Below are positions 36,701 to 49,399 of a stretch of DNA of 64,000 nucleotides, piece by piece. The DNA is from Raillietiella orientalis. Taxonomy: Eukaryota. The stretch is taken from the NCBI GenBank assembly GCA_036172245.1, contig JAYWIR010000050.1:682001-746000 (forward strand), given 5' to 3'. Numbering within the stretch: position 1 is the first letter of the stretch; each line of letters opens with the position of its first letter. The notes under the pieces were generated by a model. It did no database searches. It saw only the letters and a list, made by a program, of their open reading frames with translations, and was not told the origin of the DNA. Both the position numbers and the translations under genes were made by a program.

Positions 36701-37627
36701 CGGAAGATCATCTTTTTTTTTTTTTTTCCTTTTTCTTGCAAAAGACCGTGAAATATGTGCCTTCAGGCACACTTGTGAAATACGCAAACTGCTTTTGATT
36801 CCTCCTTCGATGCCGGCTGACCCAAAAAGGCAATGCACGTCATTTAAAATCTGATATATTTTTTTTTTTTCTTACAAAAACTGGCGCTATTCTAAGTAAA
36901 TGATTGCGTGTTCCAGAAAATCAATTCACTTCGACTCGAACGTTCTTTAGATTTATGTCTTGATCAGATAAGAAACGCACAAAACGCTTTTAGTGCCTCG
37001 TCGTCGGGTAATTTTTCGGAAAAATAAATACATGGCAGGTCACAGAAGTGCCTCTCCTCTCCTCTCCTCTCCCTTCTCCAGATAAAATTTCTGCAGCGAG
37101 GAGACTCTCGGCTGCCTTCTCCCCTTCCTTTCCCCAGCCGCTCCCCTTCCGGTCTCTCTCTCCCAGCGTGGAGAACCCCCATGAATCAAACTCTCCTTTT
37201 GATTGTCCTTCGTCTAGTTGCTGTGGTTTCACAATCGAACCGATCCTTGTTTCTCGGGGAGGAGGAAAAGGAAGGAAATGCAATTCTCCTGCTTCCGCGT
37301 ATGCACCCGCAGGTTGTCCAGGTCAAACGCGCGAAACCATCCATCCCTGGCAACAACTCCCTCGCGAACCCCTAGACTCGCAGATGGGTCCAAATCGGAG
37401 GCGGGCAGATGCATCCCTCCGAATGGTTTCCGGCTCGAAGCTTTCCGGCCTTCCCGTCTGCCGGAGGCTCCCCTTGCACGCCGGCGACACGGCTCCTTCG
37501 AGAAGATAAAACTGCGTTATTGCCCTGAGATACTGTTTTTATTGCGCTGCTGCTTGGTTACGTTCCCGCGTGCCGTAACAGCGCGTTGTCATTGGGCACG
37601 TGACCAATCGAACAATTAGGGTCCGCG

Positions 37628-38420
37628 TTGGGGGCGTGTGGCTGCGGCCCTCGCGCGTGGTGCCAAACGTTGGCGGGTCCGAATCCCCCACGAGGGGGAT
37701 CGACGTCAGAGAAATGGGGGGTGCGTCGTGGGTTTCGAGTCGCCGCCGCAAGGTAACGCTGGTTGCGGCACTGGTTGACACCCGGTCACGCCGGAGCATT
37801 TATTTATAAAAAATAAGCGTCTGTGGCAGGACGTTTGATCCTGCCACGCTGCTTATAGCTACGAGAAGGAACCTGCCGGGAACCGGCGCGCAGGCCAGCG
37901 GGGTTCGCCTCGGCCCCACAGGGGAAGGGATCACCGTGTGCTGGAGGGTGTCCTCTGCATCCTTCGCAGGATGCCGTCAAGTTCCTGTTTTATGATTCCC
38001 AGATGGGAACCATCTTGACGCTGTCCTCATGAAGAGGACGGCAAAACAGATGGTGTCCCTGTGGCTCTGGCCTCCTCTGGCCTTGCTCCATGCAACCACG
38101 GTCCCATCGCCTGGACAGCAAACTGCTGCCGGGGATGTCACCTGCCGTCGTGAGGGGGTCGCGCAGGAAGAGGCGCTTCGCAACGTCTCTGGCGTTGCTG
38201 TCGGGGGTTCCAAGGGCCGCAGCAAAGCGTCCCCAAACGGGTCGGAGGGCAACACAGCACACTAGGTTGCGGCATCGGTGGAAGCCGGAAACCGGATGCC
38301 CTCCCCAACCGGGCGGGGATTGGAAGTTGACCCTCCGGGATCCTTCCAGGAATCAAGGAGCCGTTCCCTCTTCTGTTGAGAAAGTGGAGTCGTACTTATT
38401 CCACGGAGGGTTGGCTGATA
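37628..38420 (+). mobile_element. SINE-like copy split by a family B LINE
   Basis: The head (ggggcgtgtggctgc...gggtccgaatccccc) and the continuation from 38265 align with 3645-3900. Confidence 0.7.
37776..38264 (-). mobile_element. 5'-truncated family B LINE (489 bp) with a 15-bp TSD
   Basis: ALGTPDSNARDVAKRLFLRDPL matches 9780-9850; AATAAA+hairpin end; TSD ggttgcggcactggt (37761-37775) / ggttgcggcatcggt (38265-38279). Confidence 0.82.
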
Positions 38421-39249
38421 CCCCCCCCGTTTCCTGGGGGGGGTTGCCTCTCCAGAGCATAAGAAGCGCGCTGCTCTCCCATGCTCCGCAGAAATTTGGA
38501 GGCGTCCCTTCTTGGGGTTCTCTTCAGCATACACCCCCATCATCGCACCTTTGGGTGGCGGGGACAGGGTCAAAGAGCTTGTGTGAGTCCCCTCCAAAGG
38601 GGCGAATGGTCCCTGAGTACTTGATAAACCAAGCCCCCCCCCCAAAAAAAAAAAATCATCAGGAAACGGAACTCTGATGGCGCTGGCAGTATATCTTGGA
38701 ACATGTGTGTGATGTACGTGATCTCGCATGTATGTGCTGGAGACGCCGTTGCATTCAGTTTTCAGGTTTTGTTCACTTTATGGGACGCACTTAGGGTATC
38801 CTTAGTTAATGGAGCTCCGTGACCCACTCAGCAGTGTGTGTTTACATCCTGATTCGTATATTTCCGATATGGGAGCAATCACACCTTCTCCATGGAGACC
38901 CATAAAAAAAAGCAGTTTCTTCTCTTTCTACCTCCATCTATAGACAGCAAGTTGATCGACGGAAACATCGCTCATGGCAAGAGGCGAGGCAAAAGACACC
39001 GAGCTTTTTCAAAGTGCTTTACGGATGGTGCTTCTCCGTAGTGATGCGTTCACGGCACTCATGAAAGGCTTTTTCCTCCCATCCTGAATCCTGGAAAACA
39101 TAGCCTCTTTCGGACTGACCCGCGAGGGACCACCCTCCTTCTGTGTGGACACGATGCTTTCCTGTTTGGAAGAACATCCTAACCGACACACTCTAACACG
39201 AAAGATGGGAGCCGATCCGAGGTTCCCATTTCCGAAAACTCCGTCTTGT

Positions 39250-42200
39250 TCTATTCTCAACACTCGACTTTCCTTGAAGTGCAGCCCAAACCGAGCCCTA
39301 TAGATAAGCAGCACTGTTCATATACGTGTAAATGGATGCTTTCTCTGCTGTTATGGAAGCCCATTCACCAGCGTTTGTTGTTGTGTAAAGCGTCTTATCA
39401 GTCTGACACATTCTTTTGACGTAGTTTGTGTGTTTTTTTGCTCTTGGATGTTGTAGGGGTGGGCCTAACTCGGATTCAGCGAACTGCGTGGGTGTTGTCA
39501 TTTCGGATCTCTTGGTGGGTTGTCAGGTTCGTCACACGGTGAATACAAGGAGATTTACCTCGTCCGGAAGAGTAGGATGCGTTTTTGATATAGGGAGCTT
39601 GGAGGCATTCCTGTGTGAGCTCCCGGTGGACTTTTCTTGAGTTGTGGACGGGCGGAGGGTAGTCGAGGTTCAAAGAACCCTCGAAGGTGAGCTGTGTCAA
39701 AGACCGACGATGTCCCTGCATGTCTTCGGGTTCCGGAGGCTGGGATCGCCCTCCGGGAACAACAGCAACTGGAACCCGTTCATGAGTCGTGTCGGAGCTG
39801 CTGACCAGAACGAGCCCAACCATTTCCGTCATGCTCGAGCCCGAGGAGCGACGCGACGAGCGTGGTCGAATGCTGTTCGACCACTCCCGTGCCACACACA
39901 AAGGAGGTACCCGGCAACCTATGGAGGGTTCGTTTAAGTAAACGTGGGTTTACATTGGAAGCTCAAAGTGCCACTTGGAGGAATACTTGAGATACCCCTA
40001 GGCGCACGGATGCTTAGTTGCGTGCTATCTTGCCTGGGATGGAATACTGAGAGTGAAGAGGACACAGTTTTGAGGAAGATGTAAGGTGTGCTTTCTGAGC
40101 GTGCAAAGTTCAGTAGTTTCTCTCGATAAGAGCGAAGGGGGAAGCCCATGTAAGTTGTCGTCATGGCTGGATGGCGGAAAGTATTGGATTCTGTAGCTAT
40201 GATTCTCGACTCGTCTTGGATTGTAAGGGAGAAGGGGAGACCTCGGTGTTATGTAAAAGGAACGGGAGTTTCTCTCCGCAGGTGCCCAAGGGTTCACCTT
40301 GTTGCCTGTCGTTTCAAGGGGTTTCCCTCTCGGGTTTCGCGGGATCTCACGGGATCGTTGTGATGCATTTGGTCATGAATTTGCTCATGAGTCGAAGGAT
40401 CATTCGCAACGTGGTTGCTGTGTGTGTTTTTGAATTGAAGAGTTTTGGAAAGGGTTGGATGAAGGTTGGTGATGGATGCCAAACGGAACAAAAAAAAAAA
40501 AACTACCGCAGTAATTGCCATTTCGTGCGTTCTCGAGCTTTTGTAAGCTGTGCGTGAAACGGCATTGCCGGATCTCACCAGAGGATGCTGGGATCAGTCC
40601 GCGTGCTGTTTGTGCCGCCGTAACGTCTCTTTGGGGATGCCTGACAGAAGCATCGTTTGAGGAGAGCCTCTGTAGATTCGCCTCCGGGCAAGGACTTTCG
40701 AACACTGCCCATATCAACATTGTGAATGGGTGCAAAAAGTGCTCACCAAACATGACACTTGTCGGACCATCGTCGTTCCAGCTGGAGAGGGTTGCGATGA
40801 TTATGATGGCACGGCTGCGTTTCGCAAAGATGAGGTCTCCATGAATTCATCACGGCAAAAGTACAAAGGTCGTTCTAGCGGTCAGATGAGGCCATTTTGG
40901 CATCCACTGGTTCGTCCCCCTTCTAGAGCATAATTCTTTCTTTAGACTTTTACTAAAGAATCCAGTGAATGGGGACGTCTAAATGAGCCTTTAGACGAAT
41001 TCTTGGCATCTACTCCTGGTTTGCAGCTAAAGATCGCATGGTTGGGCGATCCAGGGAAGCTGGGGTAGGAAGAGCCGAAGAAGTTTGCTCTTGGGACGGA
41101 GCGTTTTACCAGTTTTATCTAGAGCTTCAGCAGCTTAAGACAAACTGGACTGGTCTCTAAATATAAAGACCTGGTAATGAATTATTTTTATTGCACTTAT
41201 GAAGAACGAAGCTCCTTTTCTATTTCATCCTGGAATGGGGTGGACTGCTGTACCTTCCTTCAGGTCCCTATAAGGGTGAATCTCGATTCGCTAGGAAAAA
41301 AAATGCCGACCAGGCAGACAACTTCCTGAACATAGAGAATTCTTTTTCCTTCTTACTTTCCTTTCTTGGTGCAGTTAAAACTCCCGAAGCCTCAATTTTC
41401 GCTACCCTGTTTTCACTGACTGTTTTTGCTGCTAATTTCTTGCCTGGAGCCTTGCGATGTGGTGATCCTCTTCGCTGTGGGACTTTTTTGTTTCTCAGGA
41501 CCGAAGATTCGTGGTGCGCGGGAGTTCTGCCATGTCAACAAGATGGGAAGAGTTCCCTCAAGATAAGCCGAGTTCCTGCGAAGATCGTTCGACTGATGCT
41601 TGGTCGCACGCTTTCGCCACCCGAGGTCCAGTTGTTCCAATGGAACTCGTTTTGCTGTGCTTCTTCCATGGGAGTGATGTCTAGGGAGTTTGCTCGAGGA
41701 AGGTTTTGCCCGGGGCTGTCCTCGATCTCTGCCCTTCCGGAGCATTTAGGGGAGCTCTTTACGACAGGAGCGCTGTGATCATCTCCGCCGCTTCCCAAGC
41801 GCGTAGAGGAGGAGGCAGTATCGGATGCGTTCTTCTGGAGTGGAGGATTCACCGCGGGCGGAGAGGATTCGCGTTCCACGGTCCTGACTGGTGCAGAGTC
41901 TGGGATCCGTCCCGCAGCTCTCTATGCTCATTCGCCTGCGAGTGGGCCCACCGAGAAACACATCTTCTCTTTCGAGCAGCTCTCTGAGATCCGGTCGTTC
42001 CCAGTCGCGACGCAGCTCTGCACAGCTTCCATACCTGCGGTGCCTTCATCAGTTGCGAAAACTCTCCGGGCATCGTCTTGCAATTTTTTTGGTTGGCGGG
42101 TCCTTTTCCCCTCATGCCCGCTCTCGCACGCCTTCTCCTGGAGTGAACACCTTTCGCCTGGGTGTTCCGAGAAGATCGGTACGTCCAGCTCCCGTACAAT

Positions 42201-42300
42201 CCTTTGATTCACTCCATTCACTGATGCTGCTGCGAAAGGCCTCCTCCTTGTTCCGCGTGGAAGAGCGATGGGGCGGAGCAAGAGGGGGGGCATGTTCCAG
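39250..42300 (-). mobile_element. Decayed near-full-length non-LTR retrotransposon (ORF1 knuckles, RT)
   Basis: In order on the minus strand: knuckle-like KLCRAASRLG...RC (~42000), PFTML (RPITL-like, ~40720), FQNS (~40445), QGEPLG (~40290), SHDD (~40160) and TYMGFPL. Confidence 0.5.
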
Positions 42301-42953
42301 CCATGTTCCGCTAAAAGTCAGATCCGTACCAGCTGCACCGAGAGACAGGTGCGAAGTCACTCTGCCTCCCCTCCCCTCATCAACCACTTTTCTTGCATGC
42401 TTCGGGACCCCGTCAAAGAGGCTTTCCGCGAGCCTCTCGCCGTCGAAACGGCGGTCCAGATTAGCGAATGCTGCGCTGCCATTATGGGCGAGAGATCATT
42501 GATCCTATTCTCTCCTCCCTCCTCCCTTTGGTCAAAGCTCCCGTGTGTGTGAAGGAGACCGAACAGACGTTCGATAGCGAAGGATTTCCACGTGACGCGC
42601 AATGGCCACAGGGAGGAGGAATGGAGGAGGACGACGAAGTGGAAAAGAAAAGAAAGAGATGGAAGAGCACGTGGAGCAACGCCAGCAAGTTTCTGTGCAG
42701 TTCGGTTGAACTCCCGAACCCACGTACGATATTTGCCGCAGGGCACCGTAGGGGTAGAAAGGGGCCTCCTTCCCTCGTCTCCCCCAACGCGCGATGGTGC
42801 GTCCCGTATCCCGCTGTCGCGGGAGTCGGGAGTCGCAGGAACAGACTCTTAACCGATGGGTCTCCCCCCCCCTCCTTCCCGACGACAGCTCTCTCCGTGA
42901 GTCTCGGAAGGACAAGCTCGCTCGTCCCAAACCTGCTGACTCGTTCCACTCAG

Positions 42954-43275
42954 GAGTCTGGGTAATGGGAAACTCGTCGCTCCTCCAGGAGTGCAGCGTC
43001 GAAGACTTCCAGTCAAGAGGGTACCTTGCTTTCTTTCCAGTGTCCGTCGTGGGCAAGGAGGCCATCTCTGAGCTGCTGGTGCTGGTCCGTACCGTCCACG
43101 ATTCTGGAGGGAGGCTCCCGGATTATGGAGCGCAGCAGGGTGGAACGAGCATCTGCGACCAGAAGGGGGAGAACGAAGACTTCGTCTACGTGACGAATCA
43201 GAGGGGGAACCGGAACATCACCTTCAACTGGCACTTCAGCTCCACCGATTCCCGCAGGATGAACATCACGATAAG
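42954..43275 (+). CDS. Coding exon 2 of the CUB/CLECT gene (possibly a divergent CUB-like region)
   Basis: Acceptor ctgactcgttccactcag|GA with a branch-like ctgac. Open frame GVWVMGNSS...CDQKGENEDFVYVTNQRGNRNITFNWHFSS...MNITI with coding-like codon usage. Donor AG|GTACGG (phase 2). Confidence 0.8.
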
Positions 43276-44249
43276 GTACGGGGTGGGAAGGGGGAGTGAA
43301 GGAAGGGCGTTGGCTAAAGCGTCTTTGAGTGGGTGGGTGGGGCTCGAAATGGGCCATCTCGCTCCGTCGACGCCGTCTCAAAGCGCCACCGCTGTCGCTG
43401 GGGAACGAGCGAATGATGTAAAAACATGAAAAATAGCAATATATATATATATACATATATACATAAAGAGGGGGTAGGAGACGGGTAGGACCCTTCCCGC
43501 ATGCCAGCATTCTGCACAAACGTTTTCGCGAGGGGATCGTCAGCGGCCGGAAGTCCAGAAACAACAGGCACTCCGTTTCTGGCAAGAAGCATGGGTTTTC
43601 AGGGCCACGGATAGGGCGAGAGGAGAGTGCACTGCCGAGAGACTCTGTGCTCGGGGGAGGAATGGATACGTTTCCCGGGCAGCGCGTAGTTTCGTTCGCT
43701 GCCAACCCCCCACCCCCACCCCCGTTGCCCTCCAGCCTGCCCCTTGCAATCGCGGCAATCAGCCAGCGATCATCGACCCGAACGACTCCAGGCCACACTT
43801 CTCATATTCCAGAGATGGCCTTCCAAGACGAGGTGAAACTTTCCCTCAGGCCACGTACACCGCGCTGGTATTGCAGTGCACGTGTTTGAGAGATGCATGT
43901 TGAACGACCGTATCACCATGCCGCACTTCCGAGTGCCCTTGTTTTTGGGAGATGGATCACGTGACTAAACTCACTGCACGGATCCCTGCGATGGGGACGA
44001 CATGTGCACAATGTTATTTGCGAATATTGTCCACTAGTGACGCATTAGTGTGCTCTTAGCGCAACACACGTCCGCGAGTGACTCTTTCATGAGAAAACCA
44101 ACCTGGCATCCCGGAGGCGAGCCTGACGATGCGCTGTGAACACCCATCTTAGCGCCCACGGGCCTTCTAGTTCAAACAGCCGTTGCTGTTTGTCGCTTCC
44201 GCGGCTTTCTCAGGTACCCCGAGGAAAGTTCTCGATGTCCCGAGTGATT

Positions 44250-46150
44250 CCAGAGAATCGAAAGGAGGCGGGAAGAGATGACGGAAAGGACCGAATTTCG
44301 GCGATGGGAGGAAAGCAGCTTCTCCTACAGCGCTATCTCGCCCTCACATGCTACTTGCCGGGAGAAATTGGATGGAGCAGTGTGCACTGCGTGTTGGAGC
44401 TCCCGGATCGAACGTTACCAAAGTGCCCTTCAAAGCAGAGAGTGTTTGCTTCTCTCAGAAAAACAAGGAGAGCGAAGAAGAGAATGTAAGACGGCGCTGG
44501 AGAGACCAAAGACTGTGAGAAAAATGACGACAGGTTGTCAGGGGAAAAAAGGCGTTGAGGATGGTCGCTTAGTTTCATGGGTGAGCGGGTGATGGGCAAA
44601 ACCCTGGTGTTCTGGACATACTTGGAGCAATCACATAGTTTAGAAGAGGGGGAAAAATGAATCTGCATGGAGGAGATTCTGGATTCTCTTGAGGCATTAG
44701 CAGACTCCTCCAAGAGGGTCACCATGAATTCCCATCCCAGATCTATTAGGGGCGTGCTGATCGCAGGCTGTGAAGTTCAAGGGATTGCGGGCAGCGGAAG
44801 CACGTCAAGACGCCCTTTGAGGCAAGGCAGTTTTCCTCCCTGGGACCCCCGAACTGTCCACGGGCCTGCTGACGCTCGCTCGGTAAATCTCGCTGCTCCT
44901 GGCAAAGTCCCAGCTGGAGGAAGAAGGGAAGAAATCATTACCCCGCGACAGCTTGCCCCTCGGTCCCTTCGGCCGCGCAAACGGCTTGGCGGGACGAAGC
45001 CTATGGGGTTTGCCAGGGATTGGGCTGGAGAACGCATTAGGGGAAAGCGCGTCTGCGAGGAGGTATCGGGACCATTCGGGTTCCTTCGCTTCCACATTTG
45101 GGAAGTCGTCATTAATTCTGAGGAGGATCTGGCAGGATCAATGACACAAGAATTGGACGAATCCTTCCTTCCTCTCGTCGTAAGAAGAAGAAAAGGCGTT
45201 TGAGGAAGATCTTGTATCGAAGAAGCCATCAGCAATAGAGAGCCCAGAAAGTTTAAGACCGTTTTAAGCTACCCCTTCATTTCTTCGCTCAGCCCATTAA
45301 ACGAAACTTCACTCAAAGAGGCTGAACAGATGTGTTTATCTCTTACCACAGTAAGAGATTAACACGGATTGGTAAGAACGGTAAGAGATTGCACGTCTTC
45401 TCATGGCCCACAACTAAAGCCGCTGCTGTCAACAAATGGAATGCGCTCAAGAGCCCTTCCACTTTTGATGGGTGTCTTTGATTTTCCTACTCCTAGAACG
45501 CATTTGGAGCTCTATCATCCCAGCCTTCATAACGACGTTCCCCCCTTTCTCTTCCTGCTTGCTGCAGTCGTTAGAAGATTTGCAAGAGGATGCTGATTCG
45601 CAGTAGCTGAACAGGAAACAGAAGTGAAAGCAAAGGAAAACGAAGAGCGGTGAAGCGAATTTCTAAGGATGAATCTGGCTGGAAACCGAGCAGTACCAGA
45701 GGCGCCATGCAGCATGCCATGTGCACATCCATTCCATTCACCCTGCCACAGATCGGGGAGGGCACCAATTGGGCGGACACACAAAAAGTTGGGTGATCAC
45801 GACACGAAATTCGAGTGCATCGTTAAGAGACGTCGTGATGAAGATGAAGCCTCACAGTGATGGATGAGTTGGAATTTCGAAAGGTCAGGAGGAGGCCACT
45901 CAGGCCGTTGCTGCGGTGCAGGCACAATAGCCGCAAATAGGTGGGAGGGGCAGAAAGAAGAATCAAGGCACGTCTCGTGCTTTGAACGCAGAGAAGAACA
46001 TCATCTCTTCCACCATCCAAGGTCGGAAGCTGGGAAAGGACAAACGAGCCCTCGCAAGAGCAAGCGGACTTCCAAGTTGCAAGGGGACAGAATGGAAGAT
46101 CACCGCGATTGGAATCAGCTATCCAGGGAATAGGGACTTCAGCGTTCCAA
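44250..46150 (-). mobile_element. Decayed LINE ORF2 (APE endonuclease and RT N-terminus), intron 2
   Basis: LATWK, DVLLCVQST and PLVLLGF correspond to APE TWN, LQET and LGDFN motifs; RVLPIT follows in order. Confidence 0.55.
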
Positions 46151-46682
46151 GGCAAGTGCCAGAGAGCGAACTGGTCGAAAAGCAAATCGAGTGGGCAAAA
46201 TCACTGACGGCCGGTGTCGATCTGTATTCCCGGGGGAAGCGGAGAGTCGGGTGATCGTTTTCCCGAGGTAAGGGCAGAATTCGGGAAGAGCTTCTTCATG
46301 CATGCAGCGGTTTCCAATGTGTGAAGCGCAGGAGCTCGAAGGAGGAGGTCAACCGGATCACACGGTATTTTGGGTGCGAGAGTTCCAGATCAGGCGAAGA
46401 AGGGGATGGTGGGGATGATGGGGAAAGAATGAAAAGAGGAACAAGAACGAACTACAGAGCGCTCTTTTTTTTCTTTTTTTCTTTCTTTTTTCAATCCGCG
46501 ATCTCAGAGATTTCGACCTGAAACGATGAATTCGAGCCTTCAGGCCGGAAACGAAAGAGCTGCTGTTCCACTCTCATCGACACTTCCTTCACCTTAGAGG
46601 AGAGGTTCAAGAAAGATTTGAAAATCCGATGGCTTTTAAGCAGCGTTTCTTACTTTTTTATTTTTTCTATCAGTAGCAGTAG

Positions 46683-46798
46683 GTTGACTTTCATGCAGAA
46701 CTCCCAGTCAGGAGCTCCCCAGCCGGTCTTCTCCGAGGAATTGGAACATTCTGCTGTCAGAACGTTCGCGTACGCAGCGGTAGAACTTCATTGCAGCG
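46683..46798 (+). CDS. Coding exon 3 of the CUB/CLECT gene (alternative starts 46674, 46677, 46680)
   Basis: A long polypyrimidine tract is followed by CAG TAG CAG TAG. Frame RLTFMQNSQSGAPQPVFSEELEHSAVRTFAYAAVELHCS; donor G|GTGCGT. The phase 2-to-1 structure exactly bridges exons 2 and 4. Confidence 0.65.
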
Positions 46799-46799
46799 G

Positions 46800-47170
46800 T
46801 GCGTGTGTATAGCTGTCGATGTGCACACGCACGCACACATACTCACGTATACGATGTATGTGTATATATGTGTACGCGGTTATACACAGTTGCAATCAAA
46901 TTCTAATGCGTCTGTATCTATGTATCTCTATCTATGTCGATATCTGTATCTATCTATCCACACATATAGAAGCGGGGAGAGAGAGAGAGAGAGACAACAG
47001 TCAGAATATGGATGGATAGATAATATATACAATATGGATAGACGGTACAGGTATCGATAGATAATATAGGTATCTATATACTATCCATATCCACATATAT
47101 ACATACATATCTAATATGTGTATATAAACAGATAGATCTCTCTCTGTGTGTGTACTTATAAAAAATAGAA
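46800..47170. repeat. Compound (TA)/(CA)/(TATC)/(GA) microsatellite tract
   Basis: Directly visible low-complexity tract just after the exon 3 donor. Confidence 0.85.
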
Positions 47171-47229
47171 GATATAAAGAATAATTCTGTTTGCATGAAG
47201 GATATAAAGAATGAAAACATGAAACTTTC

Positions 47230-49080
47230 ACGAGCTGGAAAGGCTGGAAAAGTCATAAAGTGAATGTCACCATCTTGAACTCTGCGCAGATGGCCTCTTA
47301 AAACGCTCATGAACGCTGTCTTTTCCAGGGCAGCAGCTTACAGCCTCGACGGTCAGTTCATCAATGGGGAGCTGAATCTTACTCTTCTAGACGGTTAGTC
47401 ATTTGCAGAATGGTAGAAAAGATTTGAATGACCATCTCGCGCAACTGCCCGTTTTCGTTCAACATCGTTGCCTTTGGAATGGGAGGCGCCGAAACCCCGT
47501 CGTGTGCTCTGGAAGGCCTGTGTGCCTGGACACTAGTGCACTGCTTCGGAACACGGTTGCCCGTTTGGTGGTGCACGGTTGGGGGCAAATTTCCCGGTTT
47601 TGCCGGGTCCTTGACGGAAAAAATTCCTTAGAAGCCCGGCGAAGAGCACGGCTGGAAGGCGAAGGCGTCCCGGAATGTCTGTCCCTCGGAAAGAGGAACG
47701 TGGGGCCTGCCTTAATCGAAGGTTTACGATGATTCCGTGATTTCCATAAATGCAGAGCAGTCGAGTAGCGGCAAACTCGCGTTATCCGCAGACGAATACC
47801 GTGGAAACAGAAGTCGGGACTTCAAAATGAGCGAGATGGAGGGAGATGTAGAATGTTCGTGTGCAAACAGTACGAAATTTATCCACTTTTTTTTTTTCAA
47901 CCAGCCGTGCCGCTATTTTGTGGCTGAAGGACTGTTTACCCTTTCTTTAGCGTTCCGATCTCGTTTCCGTTCTTTTCGAGCGACATCTTTCCGCTTCCCT
48001 TAATCCCAGTGATCTCTGTCCTGACTTCCTGGTGGGAAAATTTTGCTCAAGTGGGTTGGATTGAAACCTTCTTTAGGCGCGGAGGGAGGTAGACAGATGT
48101 GCCACTGCTACAGAAAGCATCCGGGACATTCTGGATGAGCGAACAACGCCAGGAATAATCGTGTGTGAGCGGCATGAATCCCTGCGCCCAGATGCCCCCC
48201 CTTACTCCCCATCAATTAACCGAGGCTGTCCTGCGACCTCTGTGTGTACCCACGCCCTTCGAATGCGACGGATTTGATAGTCTGTCTCCAGGAAACTGTG
48301 CACCCACCCGTTCAACGCCACTGACATTTTTCTGCACGGGAATCGCCCTGGGGGCACGTGAGGCCCGCGTGGAAGCACAATTCGCAGAAGAGGAATCGGG
48401 AGAAATCGTACTTGCTGGAAGGGACGCACATGACGCTTGCCGTGCGCGCCTTCTTACGCGGAGCTCCCCAGCAACGCGGATGCATGCGCAGCCCGCACTC
48501 TGGAAGCGTTTCCCTTCTTGCGGGTTCCCGAAGTGTTTCGGTTCCGCAGGACCTCCGGATTGAGGGCCGGAGGGCAGCAGAGTGAGTCGGGCGTGGTGAC
48601 TCACGTACTGCGGAACCTGGGGCCGAAAGTGGGAAGAGCTCCGGTGCACCCCACCCCACCCGCGTCTTCGGTGAGACTTCACTGGCAGGCATCATCGAAA
48701 CACCGGCGCCGCTCCGTCTCCGAAAGCCGGAGCGGCACGCGCCATCTTCAGCCAGGTGGTTCCTCAAGACCAACTCCGTCGAGAGCGGCGACTTCAGCAA
48801 AGGAGTGGAGTTTTCGGAAGGGAGGCGATCTTTGGCAATGCACGCAGCCAAGGTGTGCACGGAGGTCTTGCCAAAAAGGGAAATGTGCGCGCACTTCGCT
48901 TCCTCGGGGCACAGCACGTGACGTCCCAGGGTCTCAGCGTCTTCGAGGGAGCGAAACCTCCGGGCTCAGAGCTGGAAACCTGGTTGCGTATGCGGGAGCG
49001 GAGAACGGTAGGAGGGTTTCTTGAGAGGAACGTGTGCGTGCAGGGGGCCGCCAGGCAAACCGAATGGACCGTACCCTGAT
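47230..49080 (+). mobile_element. Possible decayed LINE post-RT region
   Basis: HRCLWNGRRR (FLWxG-like) and weak downstream similarity only. Confidence 0.25.
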
Positions 49081-49399
49081 TGTTTCCTCCTCGGATGAAA
49101 GGAGGAGAAGCATCGAAATTCAGCTCCGCTACCCATTTCCCGGATGCGTCCCGCTCCTGATTCAGCAGCCCCCGTCGCGTTAGCGTTTGCATTCGGAGTT
49201 CATCCCTCGGATTTCCGGTCATTCCTTCCCGACCCACCGTTCCTTTCGGCAGCTCGGTCTTCCGGGGAAAAAAAGAGCTCGCTCTATCTCAAGGCACTGA
49301 TCTTCAGCATCCTCTCGTCCTGGAGGAAAAAAATGCATGCGGGATCAAATTTGCGGTATCGGGGGCTTTTGCGGGTCAACGTACGCATCCTCGGCATCG

